Below, one piece after another: positions 22,150 through 38,549 of a stretch of DNA of 64,000 nt. Each line of letters begins with the position of its first letter. Position 1 is the stretch's first letter. The notes beneath the pieces were generated by a model that was given only the letters and a program-made list of their open reading frames with translations, made no database searches and was not told the DNA's origin. Both the position numbers and the translations under genes were made by a program. This DNA is from Felis catus. Its lineage: Eukaryota. The stretch spans positions 125,922,001 through 125,986,000 of the forward strand of contig NC_058386.1 of the NCBI RefSeq assembly GCF_018350175.1, written 5' to 3'.

Positions 22150-23030
22150 GGAGTCGTCTCCGGAGCCCACCCCCAGGCACGCAGCGAGGAGGTAAGGCGG
22201 GGCGGGGGCCGGCTTTCCCACCCTCGGCCTTCCAGCCTCAGCACGGCTCAGCAAGCCGGCACAGAGGCGGCCCCTCCCAGAGGCGGGCGCTGCAGAGACG
22301 CGGGAAGTGCTGGGCCCCAAGGGCCACTCGGGCCTGCGGCTTCCCCGCCCCCGCCGCGGCCCCCACCTCCGCCCAGGAAATCCGACCCTGGGGGCCGCCC
22401 AGCGTCTACTCGCCGCCGGGGACGCAGGGCGCGGAGGGCAGAGGGCGGTCCAGGTCCCTAGGGGCGGGCCCAGGGAGGGAGGAGAGCGCAGCTGGGCGCC
22501 GCCGTGGGAGCCTCCGCGGGCTCCCTCCCACCCGCGCCGGGGCGCGGCCGACGCAGCGCGCATGCCCGCCCCGCCGCGGGAAGTCCGGCCCCGCCGCCGC
22601 CCGACCAGTCACAAGCCCTGGGAAAGAAGCCCGCCGCGGCTTGCGAAGCGGAAGGGACTGACGCCAGACGCGCGGGGCGGGGCGAGGCCCCGCCTCCCGA
22701 CCCTACGGCGAGCGGGCGAGCCGGCGGGCTCGCGCAGGCGCACTGTTCCGCCCTCCCCCTCCCTAGTCGCCGCTTCTCAGGCGGCTTGCGGGTCACGTGC
22801 CAGGCGCCGGCCAAAGAGAGAACAGAGCTCCCGCCGCCCGCTGGCGAATTACTTAGCCTAGCAGGGGCGCGGTGGACCATCTGCAGTGGCAGGCGCGTGA
22901 AGTATGGTGACAGCTCTGGAGTGTTGGGCTCCGCTGGGAGGTGGGCAGCCCGGGCACGGCCTGGCCAGGGACTAACAGCAGCAAGTGATAGTGCCGCCGC
23001 CAGAGGGAAGGACAGGGACAGAGGCACAGG
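22150..23030. promoter_or_regulatory. Orphan CpG island with promoter motifs (GC boxes, ETS, NRF1-like, E-box)
   Basis: CpG-dense; GGGGCGGGG near 22197 and 22674, GCGCATGC near 22557, GGAAGT near 22579, TCACGTG near 22794; no exon of the five genes lies here. Confidence 0.55.
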
Positions 23031-23074
23031 AGCAAATCTTAGGGTTGGAGTAAAGCCATGAAAAACGGAGGACT

Positions 23075-23375
23075 TACGGAAACAGACCCAGAAATGCAGA
23101 GCACAAACTGCTGGTTGCCAGAGAGGAGGGGATGGGCGGGAAGGGCCAAACGGGGGAAAGGGAGTGGGAGATCCAGGCTTCTAGTTCCGAAGCGAGGAAG
23201 TCAGGGACTAAAAGGCGCAGCCTAGGGAAGATAGACAGTGGTATTGTGACAGCACTGTATGGCGACACATGGTAGCTGTGCTTGTGAGCACAGCGTAATG
23301 TATACACTTGTGGAGTCACTGTTGTACGCCTGAAATTAATGTAACATTTGCCAACCACAATAAAAAAAAAAAAAG
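23075..23375 (+). mobile_element. Carnivore LINE-1 (L1_Carn-like) 3' end with poly(A)
   Basis: …gtattgtgacagcactgtatggcgacacatggtagc…gttgtacgcctgaaattaatgtaacatt…caataaaaaaaaaaaaaa. Confidence 0.75.
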
Positions 23376-23425
23376 AGGGCTTATATTCTCCAGGAAATTA
23401 TATGATCCATTTGTGAAAACCCAGA

Positions 23426-23855
23426 GGGGCGCCTGGGGGGGGCTCAGTGGGTTTAGCGTCTTTTTTTTTTTTTAATGTTTATTTATTTTTGAGACAGGGA
23501 GAGACAGCATGAATGGGGGAAGGTCAGAGAGAGAGGGAGACACAGAATTCGAAACAGGCTCCCGGCTCTGAGCTGTCAGCACAGAGCCCGACGCGGGGCT
23601 CGAACTCACGGACCGCGAGATCATGACCCGAGCCGAAGTCGGACGCTTAACCGACTGAGCCACCCAGGCGCCCCAAGGGTTTAGCGTCTCTTGATTTCAC
23701 CTCAGGTCATGATCTCAGGGTTCATGGGTTCCAGCCCTGAGTCGGTTCTGCACTGACAGCATGGAGCCTGCTTAGGATTCACTCTCTCCCTCTCTGCTCC
23801 TCCCCTGCTCACGCTATCCCCTGCCTCTCAAAAATAAATAAACATTAAAAAAATC
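23426..23855 (+). mobile_element. Can-SINE (+) with a younger Can-SINE (-) nested at about 23462-23676
   Basis: TSD gggtttagcgtct at 23449-23461 and 23677-23689. Confidence 0.92.
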
Positions 23856-23861
23856 ATAGAA

Positions 23862-24062
23862 TACACAACACAAAGAGGGAAATAAACCCTGGACTATAGT
23901 TAATAACGTTTGGATATTGGCTCATCAACTGTAACAAAAACAACATTTAATACAAAATATTAATAATAGGGGAAACCGGGGGGTGGGGGGAGAGGCGACG
24001 GGAACTGCACTGCCAGCTGTTTTGTATACCTAACACTCTACTAACAATAGTCTATTAACTTG
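23862..24062 (+). mobile_element. L1MC-like 3' end
   Basis: ggactatagttaataa…tattggctcatcaactgtaacaaa…taataataggggaaac…aatagtctattaa. Confidence 0.65.
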
Positions 24063-24566
24063 CAAATTAAAGCTTAGGTTATGGAGTACATTCCACAGGA
24101 GTTGTGGTGGTAGGTGGTCAGTGGTCGAACACACAGAACTTGGCAACCTTCTGGATGGCAGGGGAGGGAGGAATCCAGCACAGTTGCCAGGGCTCAGGGC
24201 ATTACCAGGTAGGGCAGCAACAGAGAAGCCCAGTGAGCAGCTGGACTTTACGCATCAGGAGCCCGGCAAGGGAGCAGTAGAGCAGGGCTCAGAAGCCAGA
24301 GCGCCTGCCTCCCTGGCAGGGACTGGCTTCCAGAAGTCCGGGGTCTCCCTTCCCGGGACCCATAGGGGCGGAGAGCCATCAGACTTGGGAGCCCCGCCTC
24401 CAAACCCCCGACAGAGCTCTTTCCTTCTACTCCGGCTTGGCAGGACGCACCATGCCAAAAGGCTTTGAGGTCCACATCCCGGGACACAGAGGGACCGGGG
24501 AGAGGCAGCCCCCGCCCCCAAGGTGCACACTAGCACACACGAACTCCCCAAGGCCACTGGGTGAAG

Positions 24567-24572
24567 TTTATT
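24567..24572 (-). terminator. NAA10 poly(A) signal AATAAA
   Basis: Plus-strand TTTATT 66 nt past the NAA10 stop. Confidence 0.85.
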
Positions 24573-24637
24573 GTGAAACCTTGAGGGGCGAGGACAGGAC
24601 GGGCAGGTCGGGGTGGGGAGAGGAGCAAGTGCAGGCT

Positions 24638-29138
<4,501 letters not shown>

Positions 29139-29149
29139 AACGGCGGCGG

Positions 29150-29560
29150 GGCTCGCGGCTCCCAGCGGATCGGAAACGCGCAGTCAGCTGCCGCCGCGCT
29201 CCAAGGCGACGCCTGGGCGGCCAGGCCGGGGCTGGGGCTGGGGCTGGAGCTGGGTCTCCGGGCTCGCGGGGGTGGCGGCGGAAGGGGCGGCGCGCGCCGG
29301 CCCCGGCCACGGGCCGGAAGTGCGCGCCGCCGAACCCGCCCTCGTGGCCGCTCGGCCAATGCGTGGGGTGGGGCGCGCCCGCGGGGCGGGGCGGGGCGGG
29401 GCGCGCCAACGACCCGGCGAGCCCCGGCGAGGGGCGGGCCGGTCGGCGGGGTGGGGCGGTCCCGCGCGCGCGCGCGGCGCCCCCGGGGCCGGGTCAGCCC
29501 GTGCCCTCCAGCCGGCTCGGAGGCCGCCCTCCTCCCGCGACCCCCACAGACGCGCGCACA
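29150..29560 (-). promoter_or_regulatory. NAA10 CpG-island promoter
   Basis: CCGGAAGT (ETS) 29314-29321, CCAAT 29356-29360, tandem GGGGCGGGG about 29383-29401; CpG-dense. Confidence 0.8.
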
Positions 29561-29582
29561 CGGGCACTGGAGCACGCTCGGT

Positions 29583-29588
29583 TTTATT
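29583..29588 (-). terminator. RENBP poly(A) signal overlapping its stop codon
   Basis: Minus strand …GCG AAA TAA AAC: AATAAA contains the TAA stop (29586-29584). Confidence 0.75.
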
Positions 29589-32500
29589 TCGCGCCTTCGG
29601 GGCTGGGGGCGGCGGGAGTGCACTGCGTGCCGGGGCTCTGGGCCAGGGCGAGGCGGCTCAGCAGGGCGTCCAGCATCTCCTCGCACATGGCGAGGCACCT
29701 CGGCACGTGGAAGCAGCCTGCGGCGGAGAGGCACGACAGCGGGTCGGGAGGTGCAGGGGTGGCCGACTGCCCCGAGCCCCTGCGGCCCTGCCCTGTCCCC
29801 CACTCACCTTTGAAAGGACCCCCCTTGATGGTGAGAGCGACCTTCCCCTCTCGGTTCAGGTAGCCAAACCATTCACCATACTCAGGATCGCGAAACTGGA
29901 ATAACAAGACCGTGACAGCCAGCGCCTGCGGTGGGGGGGTGGGGTGGGGCTCCCAGGTGCCACGGGGCCAGGGAAAGAGGGGCCCACCGTCCCCACCGCA
30001 CGGCAACCCGGGGGTCAGAGCCGGGGCGGGCCCCAGGTAACGTGGCTCCAGAATCAGTGCTTTTAAAGGTGAGATGGTGTCCGGGACACAGATGAAAACG
30101 TGGGGCGTTTCCTTTCTGCCTGGGGCTGGGAGTGGGCCGCGAGATAACCCGCTGGGGGAAGGGGCTCCAGGCTGTGATCTGAAACGCTACAAGAAGGACT
30201 AAGAAGCACCCTGTTTGGGGACGACATAAATGTAATATATCGTGATAGTGCTGCTGGTCACAGAGAGAGACGCGTGCGTTCTATAAATGATTGGAACACT
30301 TCAGATGGACATGTTTTACTGTGTATATACAGTGAACCTCAATACAACTGATAGGAAAAAGCAAAAGTAACTTTGTAGCAAGTTACTCGGAGCCTGTGTT
30401 CCAGTACATGACACTGTAGACACCCAGCACCGAGATCCCACTCTTGGCTGCCTCCCCAAGGGTCCCAAATACATCTTCCCCTCCCTCAGAGCTACCTGAA
30501 GCCTGCCCCTTCCCAGCAGCTCCGTCGACCTATTATTCTGTGTGCCTTCCTTCCCTCTGCCAGCATTACCATCAGGCACCTATCCCCTTCGGGCCTGTTA
30601 GTTCCACCCAGACACCCAGGATGGACCTCAAAGCCCTGGCCTAGGCCCCTCTGCTTCCTACCCTCAGAGACACTTCGGCAGACCCCTTCTCGGAACCATC
30701 ATAGACGAAATCAATGACATTGAAGTTCACTATCAAAATGTCTTTACACTGATGCCTCTGTGGGGTACGTGAGTGGCTCAGTCGGTTGAGCGACTGACTT
30801 CGGGGCAGGTTGTGATCACGAGGTTTGTGAGTTTGAGCCCCCGCATTGGGCTCTCTGCTGTCAGCTTCAGATCCCCCCTCTCTCTCTGTCCCTCCCCCCT
30901 GCTCATGCACCTGCTCTCCCTCTAAAAAATAAATAAACACTTGGGGGGCCCTGGTTGAGCATCCAACTTTGGCTCAGGTCACGATCTCACGGTTTGTGAG
31001 TTCAAGCCCCAAATCAGGCTCTGTGCTGACAGCTCAGAGCCTGGAGCCTGCTTCCGATTCTGGGTCTCCCTCTCTCTCTCTGCCCCTAACCCACTCACAT
31101 TCTGTCTCTGTCTCTCTCAAAAATAAATAAACATTAAAAAATTTTTTTTACGTAAATAAGCACTAAAAAAAATAAATTCGGGCCTATGAGCTGTGTCTAT
31201 TCATGTCATTTCTCTAGTGACTTTGTTTATGTCCTTTATTTTTCCACTACTCGATCTGCCACAGGAAGAATGTACCTGTTTTCCTGTCCAGGTTTTCCAT
31301 GGATATCTGAATCATTGCTTTAGGTATTCTGTTATGTTGGATAGCGCGTAATGATTTACCTGTTGGTGATAACCTTTGCAATTGCTCAATGCTATCACAA
31401 GCTCTTGAAAACGTATTCTTTAGACTTTGCTTTATGCAATTAACACTGCTGGCCTCTAACACATGTTGTCTATGAACGCATTCCGCATTAATAGCCTCAG
31501 TTGTCCTGATGCCGTGTTTGGAAGCTGTGATGTGTGCGTGCAGTATTGGAGATGCCTCTCTACCTGCCGTGGAATGTGAACACATTGGGGATTTCTACCG
31601 GTGACAAAGTCGGGCACTGCTAATACCAATGTGGAGGCGAGTGCTGAATTCCAATCAGAGGTCAGCGCAAATGGGGATGTCATTTTCTCCCACGTTTCAA
31701 AGCCCACACACCCCAGAACGAGACCCCCTATAGTTCCTCCTGTGCTGGGGTTTACCAGTGGAGTGCATCATGGCTCGAGAAACACATCAGGAATCTTCAT
31801 TCATCACCAGGCGCAACAGCCAAGGTGTCCCCTGAGCGGCAGCTGGTATGTCACTCTGTTCACGGTGCTTGGCCTCTGAGGGACCCCTGGCTTCCTTCCT
31901 ACCTCACAGCTGATTCATTCTTGCCACCTTGGCCGGGCCCTCGTATTCCCTCTTTCCTCTCCTGTCTCAAAAGCTTACTTTGCCTCACGGCTCACAGTAT
32001 CGTCTATATTCTTATGACACCCAAGTGATCGTGGCCAGCCCAGACCTTGCCTGCTCGACCAGACTCTGACCCCTCTGCCCACTGCCGCTCGCACCCCAGG
32101 CCGGGCCCCTGTCCTCACCGGCCAGGATGGACAGCTACAGTCTCCTACCTCCCTGCTTTTGCCCGCGGTCTGGAGTCTCCCTCCCAAAGCCCCCAGACCC
32201 AGGAATGCCTGAATCACACAAGGTAACTCCTCCGTGCAGAAGGACTCCTGCCTGTATTCTCTCCCACTCGCACTGCCCCCCCCCCAGACCCGTATTTCCT
32301 TGTTTATATTCTGCCCCTCCTCCCGTGGAAACACCAGCTCCAGACGGCCGCTTTGCTGACTGACTAGAGGGTCCGGACCTCTAGGAACCCAGACCGGCCG
32401 AGGGACCGTGTCCAGTGTGGGGGAGAAGAAGGGGGTGTGGGGCCAGCCTCCCCAGTCCAGCCCAGCGTCCTCCCACGGCCAGAAAGGCCCGGGGAGGAAG

Positions 32501-35500
32501 GGCTGCCCGCTGTTTCCTCCACACCCATGCCGAGCCGGGAGCCCACTCACCTGGCGGAAGGTGTAGTCGGCCACCCGGCGGAAGAGGTGCAGTAAGGCAG
32601 GGTCCCCGCTGTCACTGTAGCCCATGAGGAAGGCAATCATGGCTTCGCTGTGGGGCCACCAGAGCTTCATGGCCCACTCCAGCTGAAAGCACAAAGCAGT
32701 GGCGGGGTCTGAGGGCCCTGGGTCCCACCCTCTGCCACCTCTGTCAGCAGGAAAGCCACCCCCATTCTCCAGATCACGGCTCAGACCCATCCGGCCCAAG
32801 CACTTGGAGCTTCATCGTAGGATGGATGTCTCTGAGGGTCTGAACGGCCCCTCTGAATGGGACTAGCTTCCTGAACAGGATGCACCCCACGTAGCCCCTT
32901 CCGAAGGGCCAGGGTGGGGTGACCTCTCCTTTAACCCTAGAATCGAAATCCTGTCTTCTTGTCAGTCTGTCTAAAGCCTCTTGGACACTCGGCTCCTGCC
33001 AGTGGCAGGCTCAGTCACCCTCTGCAGGGGCAAGTCTGCCCCAGCTGCTGAGGCCACACAGTCACCCAGAGCGCCTTTCAAGGACGAGGGGGACGTACGT
33101 GAGGTTGAGGGCCACCGGCCTAGAAGTCAAGAGTTTGTCACCAGGGTCACACGGGGCAAGTTCATCACTCTGAGACCCAGGTCCCCCTCTGAAATGGGTG
33201 ATGACAGCACCCGCCTTCCGGCGAAGAAAGCCTTGAACAGGCTAGTACCGTGGGCCCCGGGCGCATTCCCACCTGGGTGGGGCAGAGGCCGTTCGCATCC
33301 TGGAAGTAGAAGAGGCCTCCGTGGTCAGGGTCCCACCCAGAGCGGAAAGGCAACAGCAGGAACTTGTCGATAACGTGGGCTCGAAGTTCGGGATCGCCCT
33401 TCCTGATGGCATGACGGAGCAGGAACCAGCCGGCCTCCAACGCATGGCCTGACAAGGGTTCCAAGTGAGGCAGACAGAAGAGCCTTCCCCAAGCAGGGGA
33501 AGGGGTGGGGGAGCTCAACCCCCCTGTGCTGCCCGCAGGCGGCTCCCTTTCTCCTTCACTAACAGCAGGAGTCGCCCTTAGCGGGCCCAACGGCCACCCC
33601 CCTGCAGAAAGTTTGCCCTCGCCATCTGTCCTCGACTCCCTCTCCTGCTGCTGACACCCCAGCCTGGGAGGTCTGTCCCCGCCTCCCTGCCTGGTCCTCA
33701 GCAGCAGGTGGAGGGCACAGAGGGCTCAAGGCAGCCCCCAGGCACTCCCCACACCTGACGCCCAGAACCCAAGAGTGAGCGTTCCCTTCCTCCTGGGCCA
33801 CCCCCAGCCCACCCTACTCCTCACCTGGGTTCTGATGTCGCCCCAGGCAACCAGAAAGTTCCTCACCATCCTCTGACACATTCTCCAGCACAGCCTGTCC
33901 ATCCCTCTGTCGCGGGAGGAACAGAGAAGCTAAATGTGCCTTCAGCCCCTGCCATCCAACCAGAAAGATGCCCCCTCCCTCCCCTCTGTCACCTGCAGTC
34001 TTGGGCAGGCCGGGCTCACAGGGGAAATTTGAGAAGAGGCCCAAGGGCCTGGGTGCATTCTGACCCTTGCTTCGGGCTGGGCCCTGAGAGGTGGGAAGGG
34101 GGACACACTGAATGGGGGCCGAGACTGGGTGGCCTGGGTCTGCCCACAGAGGCCCGGAAGGACTTGGCTCTGGCCAGGTCTCCTGCTCCCTCTAACACAC
34201 CAGGGGCTCCGACACCCTCCCTCCTGCCCTCGGTCCCTCCCTCCGGAGCTCCCCTGGGCCCTCCGCCTTCCCCAGGGTGTAGGGTCCTGTGCTTCCCCGG
34301 CCTCCGTGTCTCCCCATCCGTAAAGGGGACCATCGGCGCCCAGCTGGGGTGGCGGTGGTGGGGCGTGAGCTAAGGAGGTGCTGCAGGGGGTGGGGAGCGG
34401 GGGTCCCCCGCTCCCCAGCCCCCCGAGACCCGTCCTGGCGGCCAGCGTCCGCCTCCCATCCCCTGGACGCGTCCCCAACCTGAACATGCTGCAGGATCCT
34501 CTGGGCGCACCAGTCCCCCAGCTCCGCGTAGTTGCCGGCCAGCTCCTCGTCCGCCTCCCCCAGCTGGTCCACGAGGTTGAGCAGCATCATGGGCACCGCC
34601 ATGGACTCGGAGGCCGGGGCCCCGGGGAGCCGGGGCCGGCCCAGCCCCGATGGGTCCTCCCGCACCCAGTACACGATCTGCTCCATCATCTCCACTGCTT
34701 CGCTCTGGGTGGGGAGAAGGGAGGCGAGGGGAAGGTCGGGGCTGAGGCCGCCTCCCGGTCCCTGAGGTCCTGCCTGGGGGTGGGGTCCTGGCCCGGGCGG
34801 GGGTGGGGGTGGGGGAGAGCCCCCTCCTCCCACCCACTCATGGGACGCCTTCACCGAGGGCCGACTCTGGGCCCAGCGTCGTGTCGGATGCTGGGGGCCG
34901 GGGTGGATCTGCCCCACCCTGCCTCGGGGGTTCCCAGTGTGTGGGTGCAGGCCACTGCCAGGCATCCAGGTCGGGTCTGAAAGCACAGGGGGCTCCAGGG
35001 AGGAGGGAGAGCTCCCTCCTGGCCAGGGCAGGGCAAGGATTGGTCCCTTTATGCCTGGTGCCCAGTGTAGGGATTCAGAGGTAGAGACTTCCGGGAGGGG
35101 CCACCGGTGACAATACAGCACCGCGAGGGGGGTGTAGCCAGCGGCCCCGGGGCCCCGGGGTGGGGGGGCCGAAGAGAGGATTGACTTTGATAAGAGACCC
35201 GGCCTGCAGGCAGAGCCCGGGGCGGGGAACGCGGGTACCCAGGACTGGAATGCATCAGGGAGACCCACGTGCAGCCTTCCTCCCACACACCTGGTAACGC
35301 GCTTCCCCCGTCACCCTCCACAGCTCGTTCATGGCCATGGTGTAGAAACACTCGCTGAAGATGGTTCGCTGCACCTTGACCGGGCGGCCGTCCCGCGTCA
35401 GCACAAAGGCACACTTCTTTCCAGGAGGTGCCACTCGGGCATAACGCAGCAAAAATTCGCCACCTGGTGGTTGAGAAGTCGGCCTGCTAGAACTCAGGTG

Positions 35501-36017
35501 AGGACACTGCCACCTTCCCCTTCCTTCCCCCCCCCGCCCCCCCCGTGAGCGTCCCCAGGCCCTTCGCTGCTTCTAGACCTCTCTAGGAACTAGAGTACAC
35601 TTGGAGGTGCCTCTGGGGAGATGGGGGGAGGGGAGGGGACACCTGCTTTTGCCGCGTCCAGAAGTTCGGGGCTGCGGAAGCGCTCGAGTTTGCGGTACAG
35701 GCGACAATACATCCACACCTGTGGGGGAGCAGAGGGAATCTGGCTTCAGTGGGGAGCAGCATGGTCCTCAGGGCTGGGACGAGCAGTGCTCAGGTGCCGC
35801 CGTCATGGGAGGAAGAGCGTGGAGGGGACCGGCCTCGTGTGTGTGTGGACCGCGGACAGGCGGAGCTGACGTCCCCTACCTGCCTCCCCTGCAGCCACAC
35901 ATACTTGAGGTCATCATACACCTGCCCGTCTCGGCCAAGGCACGTGAAGAACCCCCTGTGGGAGGCACAGTATCAGCGAAGCGGGGGAGGGGCTGCACAC
36001 ACACACGCGCGCGCGCG

Positions 36018-36063
<46 letters not shown>

Positions 36064-36289
36064 ACCCCCGCCCCACCGCCCTGCGGGGCTCGGCAGATCT
36101 GGGTCCGCGGAGAGCGAGGTGGGGGCTCAGGAGGGGCAAAGACCCCTGCTGAGGACACCACAAGGGGGAGACGCACCCATGCTCCTGGTCGTGGGAGTGC
36201 TCCACCCAGAAAGCCACCACGCGGTCCAGCTCCTGCCCCACGCGCTCCTTCCAGGCCTGCAGAGCCTCTCGCTCCTGCTCCTTTTCCAT
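29584..36289 (-). CDS. RENBP: N-acylglucosamine 2-epimerase / renin-binding protein, 424 aa from MEKE (10 coding exons, plus a candidate upstream coding exon 36551-36528)
   Basis: Exons 36289(acceptor 36292)-36177, 35955-35880, 35718-35643, 35463-35291, 34704-34480, 33906-33825, 33448-33273, 32682-32551, 29895-29808, 29717-29584; total 1275 nt. Motifs [52 protein letters not shown]. Confidence 0.96.
30200..30355 (+). mobile_element. Old L1 (L1MC/L1ME-like) 3' end fragment
   Basis: tttggggacgacataaatgtaatatatcgtgatagtg…ttttactgtgtatata…cctcaata. Confidence 0.5.
30762..31150 (+). mobile_element. Two tandem Can-SINEs in RENBP intron 9 (about 30762-30940, 30943-31150)
   Basis: Two heads with B boxes, (CT)n and aaaataaataaaca tails. 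Confidence 0.88.
31855..31990 (+). mobile_element. L2 LINE internal fragment
   Basis: ttcacggtgcttggcctctgagggacccctggcttccttcctacctcac resembles L2 ORF2 text from memory. Confidence 0.45.
35996..36062. repeat. Compound (CA)5(CG)10(CA)18 microsatellite in RENBP intron 2
   Basis: Read directly from the sequence. Confidence 0.95.
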
Positions 36290-38549
36290 GTCCTGAGGGG
36301 AACTCGGGACTTGGAGACCCAGCTGCCCCGCAGACGTCCCCAGCTTCCCAGGCCCCAACCTCCTCGACAGGTTCCTCTGTGTCCCAAGTCACCCCAGGCT
36401 CCTGTGGACCCCAGGACCACCTGACCCGCCCCCCTTAGGCCCCCAGGCCTCGGGACCCAGACCTCAGGGTCTCCCCGCACGCGTGCCGGAGGCTGCCCTC
36501 TGGCCCAGGACCGGCCCCAGGACTGACCCCACAGTCCCGGGAACCCTTCATGACAACGCCGTCCCCACTACGGGGCCCACCGCTGGGCTGCCGCACTCGG
36601 AGACCCCCGCTCATCCCTCCTTCTCCAGGAAGCCAGACGGAGCTGGTCGCTGTCCCGTGACTGTCATTCAGCTGACCCAGCGGCGCCCCACCCGACCCCT
36701 CCTCCGGGAGGTGCCGCAGAGCCTGGGGGCGGGGCTTGGCGGTCGCACGACTCCGCCCCCCGTGCTCCGGCACCGCCCCCACGCTGGCCCGGCCCAGACC
36801 CCTCGGGCCCCGGAGTCGGAAAGGAGGCGGGCAGTGGCCGCTGCTGGGCGCCCTGGGCTCAAGATCCTCCTGGGGAGAAATGCTGGGTGAGCTGGCGGGA
36901 CAGTCTGGGACGGGGAACGCGGGGCCGACTCCCTCACATGGGCTCCCAGCCACCTCTCACCACCCTTCAACTGAGTTGGGATGAGGGGCGAGTGGGGGAG
37001 GGGCTGGGCAGGGGCTGGGCAGGGGCTGGGCAGGGCAAGGCGGCCCAGAGCGGTGGCCCCAGCTCGTGCTTAGGGGAGGTGCTGGCTTTGGGTCCAACGG
37101 GGCTTGTACCCCCCGCCCCGCTCACAGATGCGTGTTGTCAGTATTCATGGTATTTCCCTTCACGTCCAGCCTCTTCCCTGCCTTCCTTGCAGTCCGTCCG
37201 ACCCCGTCGTGCCTAGCCAAGGGCAAGCCTTGGTATGTGGGAGGTTCCAAGGTTCCTGGCCTTGGGTCCAACGGACGGCGCCTTGGCCAGTCCCGAGGCA
37301 GAGAACTGGCCCCACTCCTCCCCGCGCGCATGGGCCTCTCCCCAGAAGGCTGCAGAGCGCTGTGCTCAGATGTGAGCCGGCACCAAAGATGCTGTAGTGA
37401 CACGGCCCCGAGTGCCTTGCGGGCCGAGGGATGGTGGAGTGGCGGGTGGAAAGAACCCGGGCGGCCGTCCCCAGTGCAAGCATCCACAGAGCCGTCTGTC
37501 GCATGCCTGGCACGTCTGCACGGGCCCTCCCCTTCTGGGGCCAGCCCCACGTGGACCCTTTGCACCAGCTGGTGTGCATCCTCCCACACAGGGGCATTGT
37601 TCCCGCTGCTCCAACCTGAGGGACACATGTCTGCTGTCTCCCTGGGTCCCTGCCCCCTGGAGACGCCTGGGCTCCAAACCAGATCAGAGCTGGTGCCGTG
37701 GGGAAGACGGAGCCATGGCTCCTGGTGCCAAGATGGACGGGACAGGGCCCAACACAAGACACCGTGAACCCGGTGGAGGGAGCACCGGGGGGGAGATTAC
37801 CCTGGGAGGCTTCCCGAGAGAGGTGGCCATGAGCTGGCACCGCGTGGGTACACGCACGCGAGAGGAGAGAGGGAGTGACTAGATGAGAGGGTGACGAGGA
37901 CGGCCTCTCCCCACAGCCCTTGGGTCCCCGGCAAGAGTGACGGGATGCGGCACAGCCCCTCCTGGCTGGTTGGCGGGAAGTACCAACCCCGCCCGTTTAA
38001 CCCCGGCACACCACCCACCCTGGCAATTGCGCCAGCAGCGGGGCTGCGAGGAGCTACTTCGAGAGAGTTCCGTTCCTTCTCTTTCCGGGGCCTGGCCCAC
38101 GTGCAGGATGGAGCCCGGGCAGGAGAGGATCGGCTCCAGCGGCACCTGCTGGGCCTTTGACACGGGAACCACCCCGCAGGCGATACCCGTGCGTCCCGGG
38201 GAGCGGACACCGCGAGAGAACCCAGCTCAGTCCTCCCCAGCCATTCACAGAGGCCCGTGGCCGATGACCCGCTCTCTAGACAGGGAGTCGGGAGCGGCTG
38301 CCCAGGGCACTCCTCCCCTGTGTTCTAAACCCCGGCTACCGTGGGACCTTCTGCGGGCAACCAGGCCCTGGCCCAGCTCAGTCCCAAGGGCCAGGGGCCT
38401 TGGCAGACCCTTGAAACTTGGGAAGCAGTCTTGGATGGAGAGGCGCCCAGGTGGGGTGGGCAGCCCTGGGGGAGGGTCACACCCCTGGCCTCGAAGTCCC
38501 ATGAGCCCAGACACAGTAAAACAGAAGGTGCTTATTTCAAAAAAAGTCT

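Noticed and set aside
31240-31800. AT-rich block in RENBP intron 9 with 83-112-aa ORFs
   Set aside because: No recognisable protein; flanked by SINE and L2 debris and probably decayed repeat. Could not assign a family without RepeatMasker.
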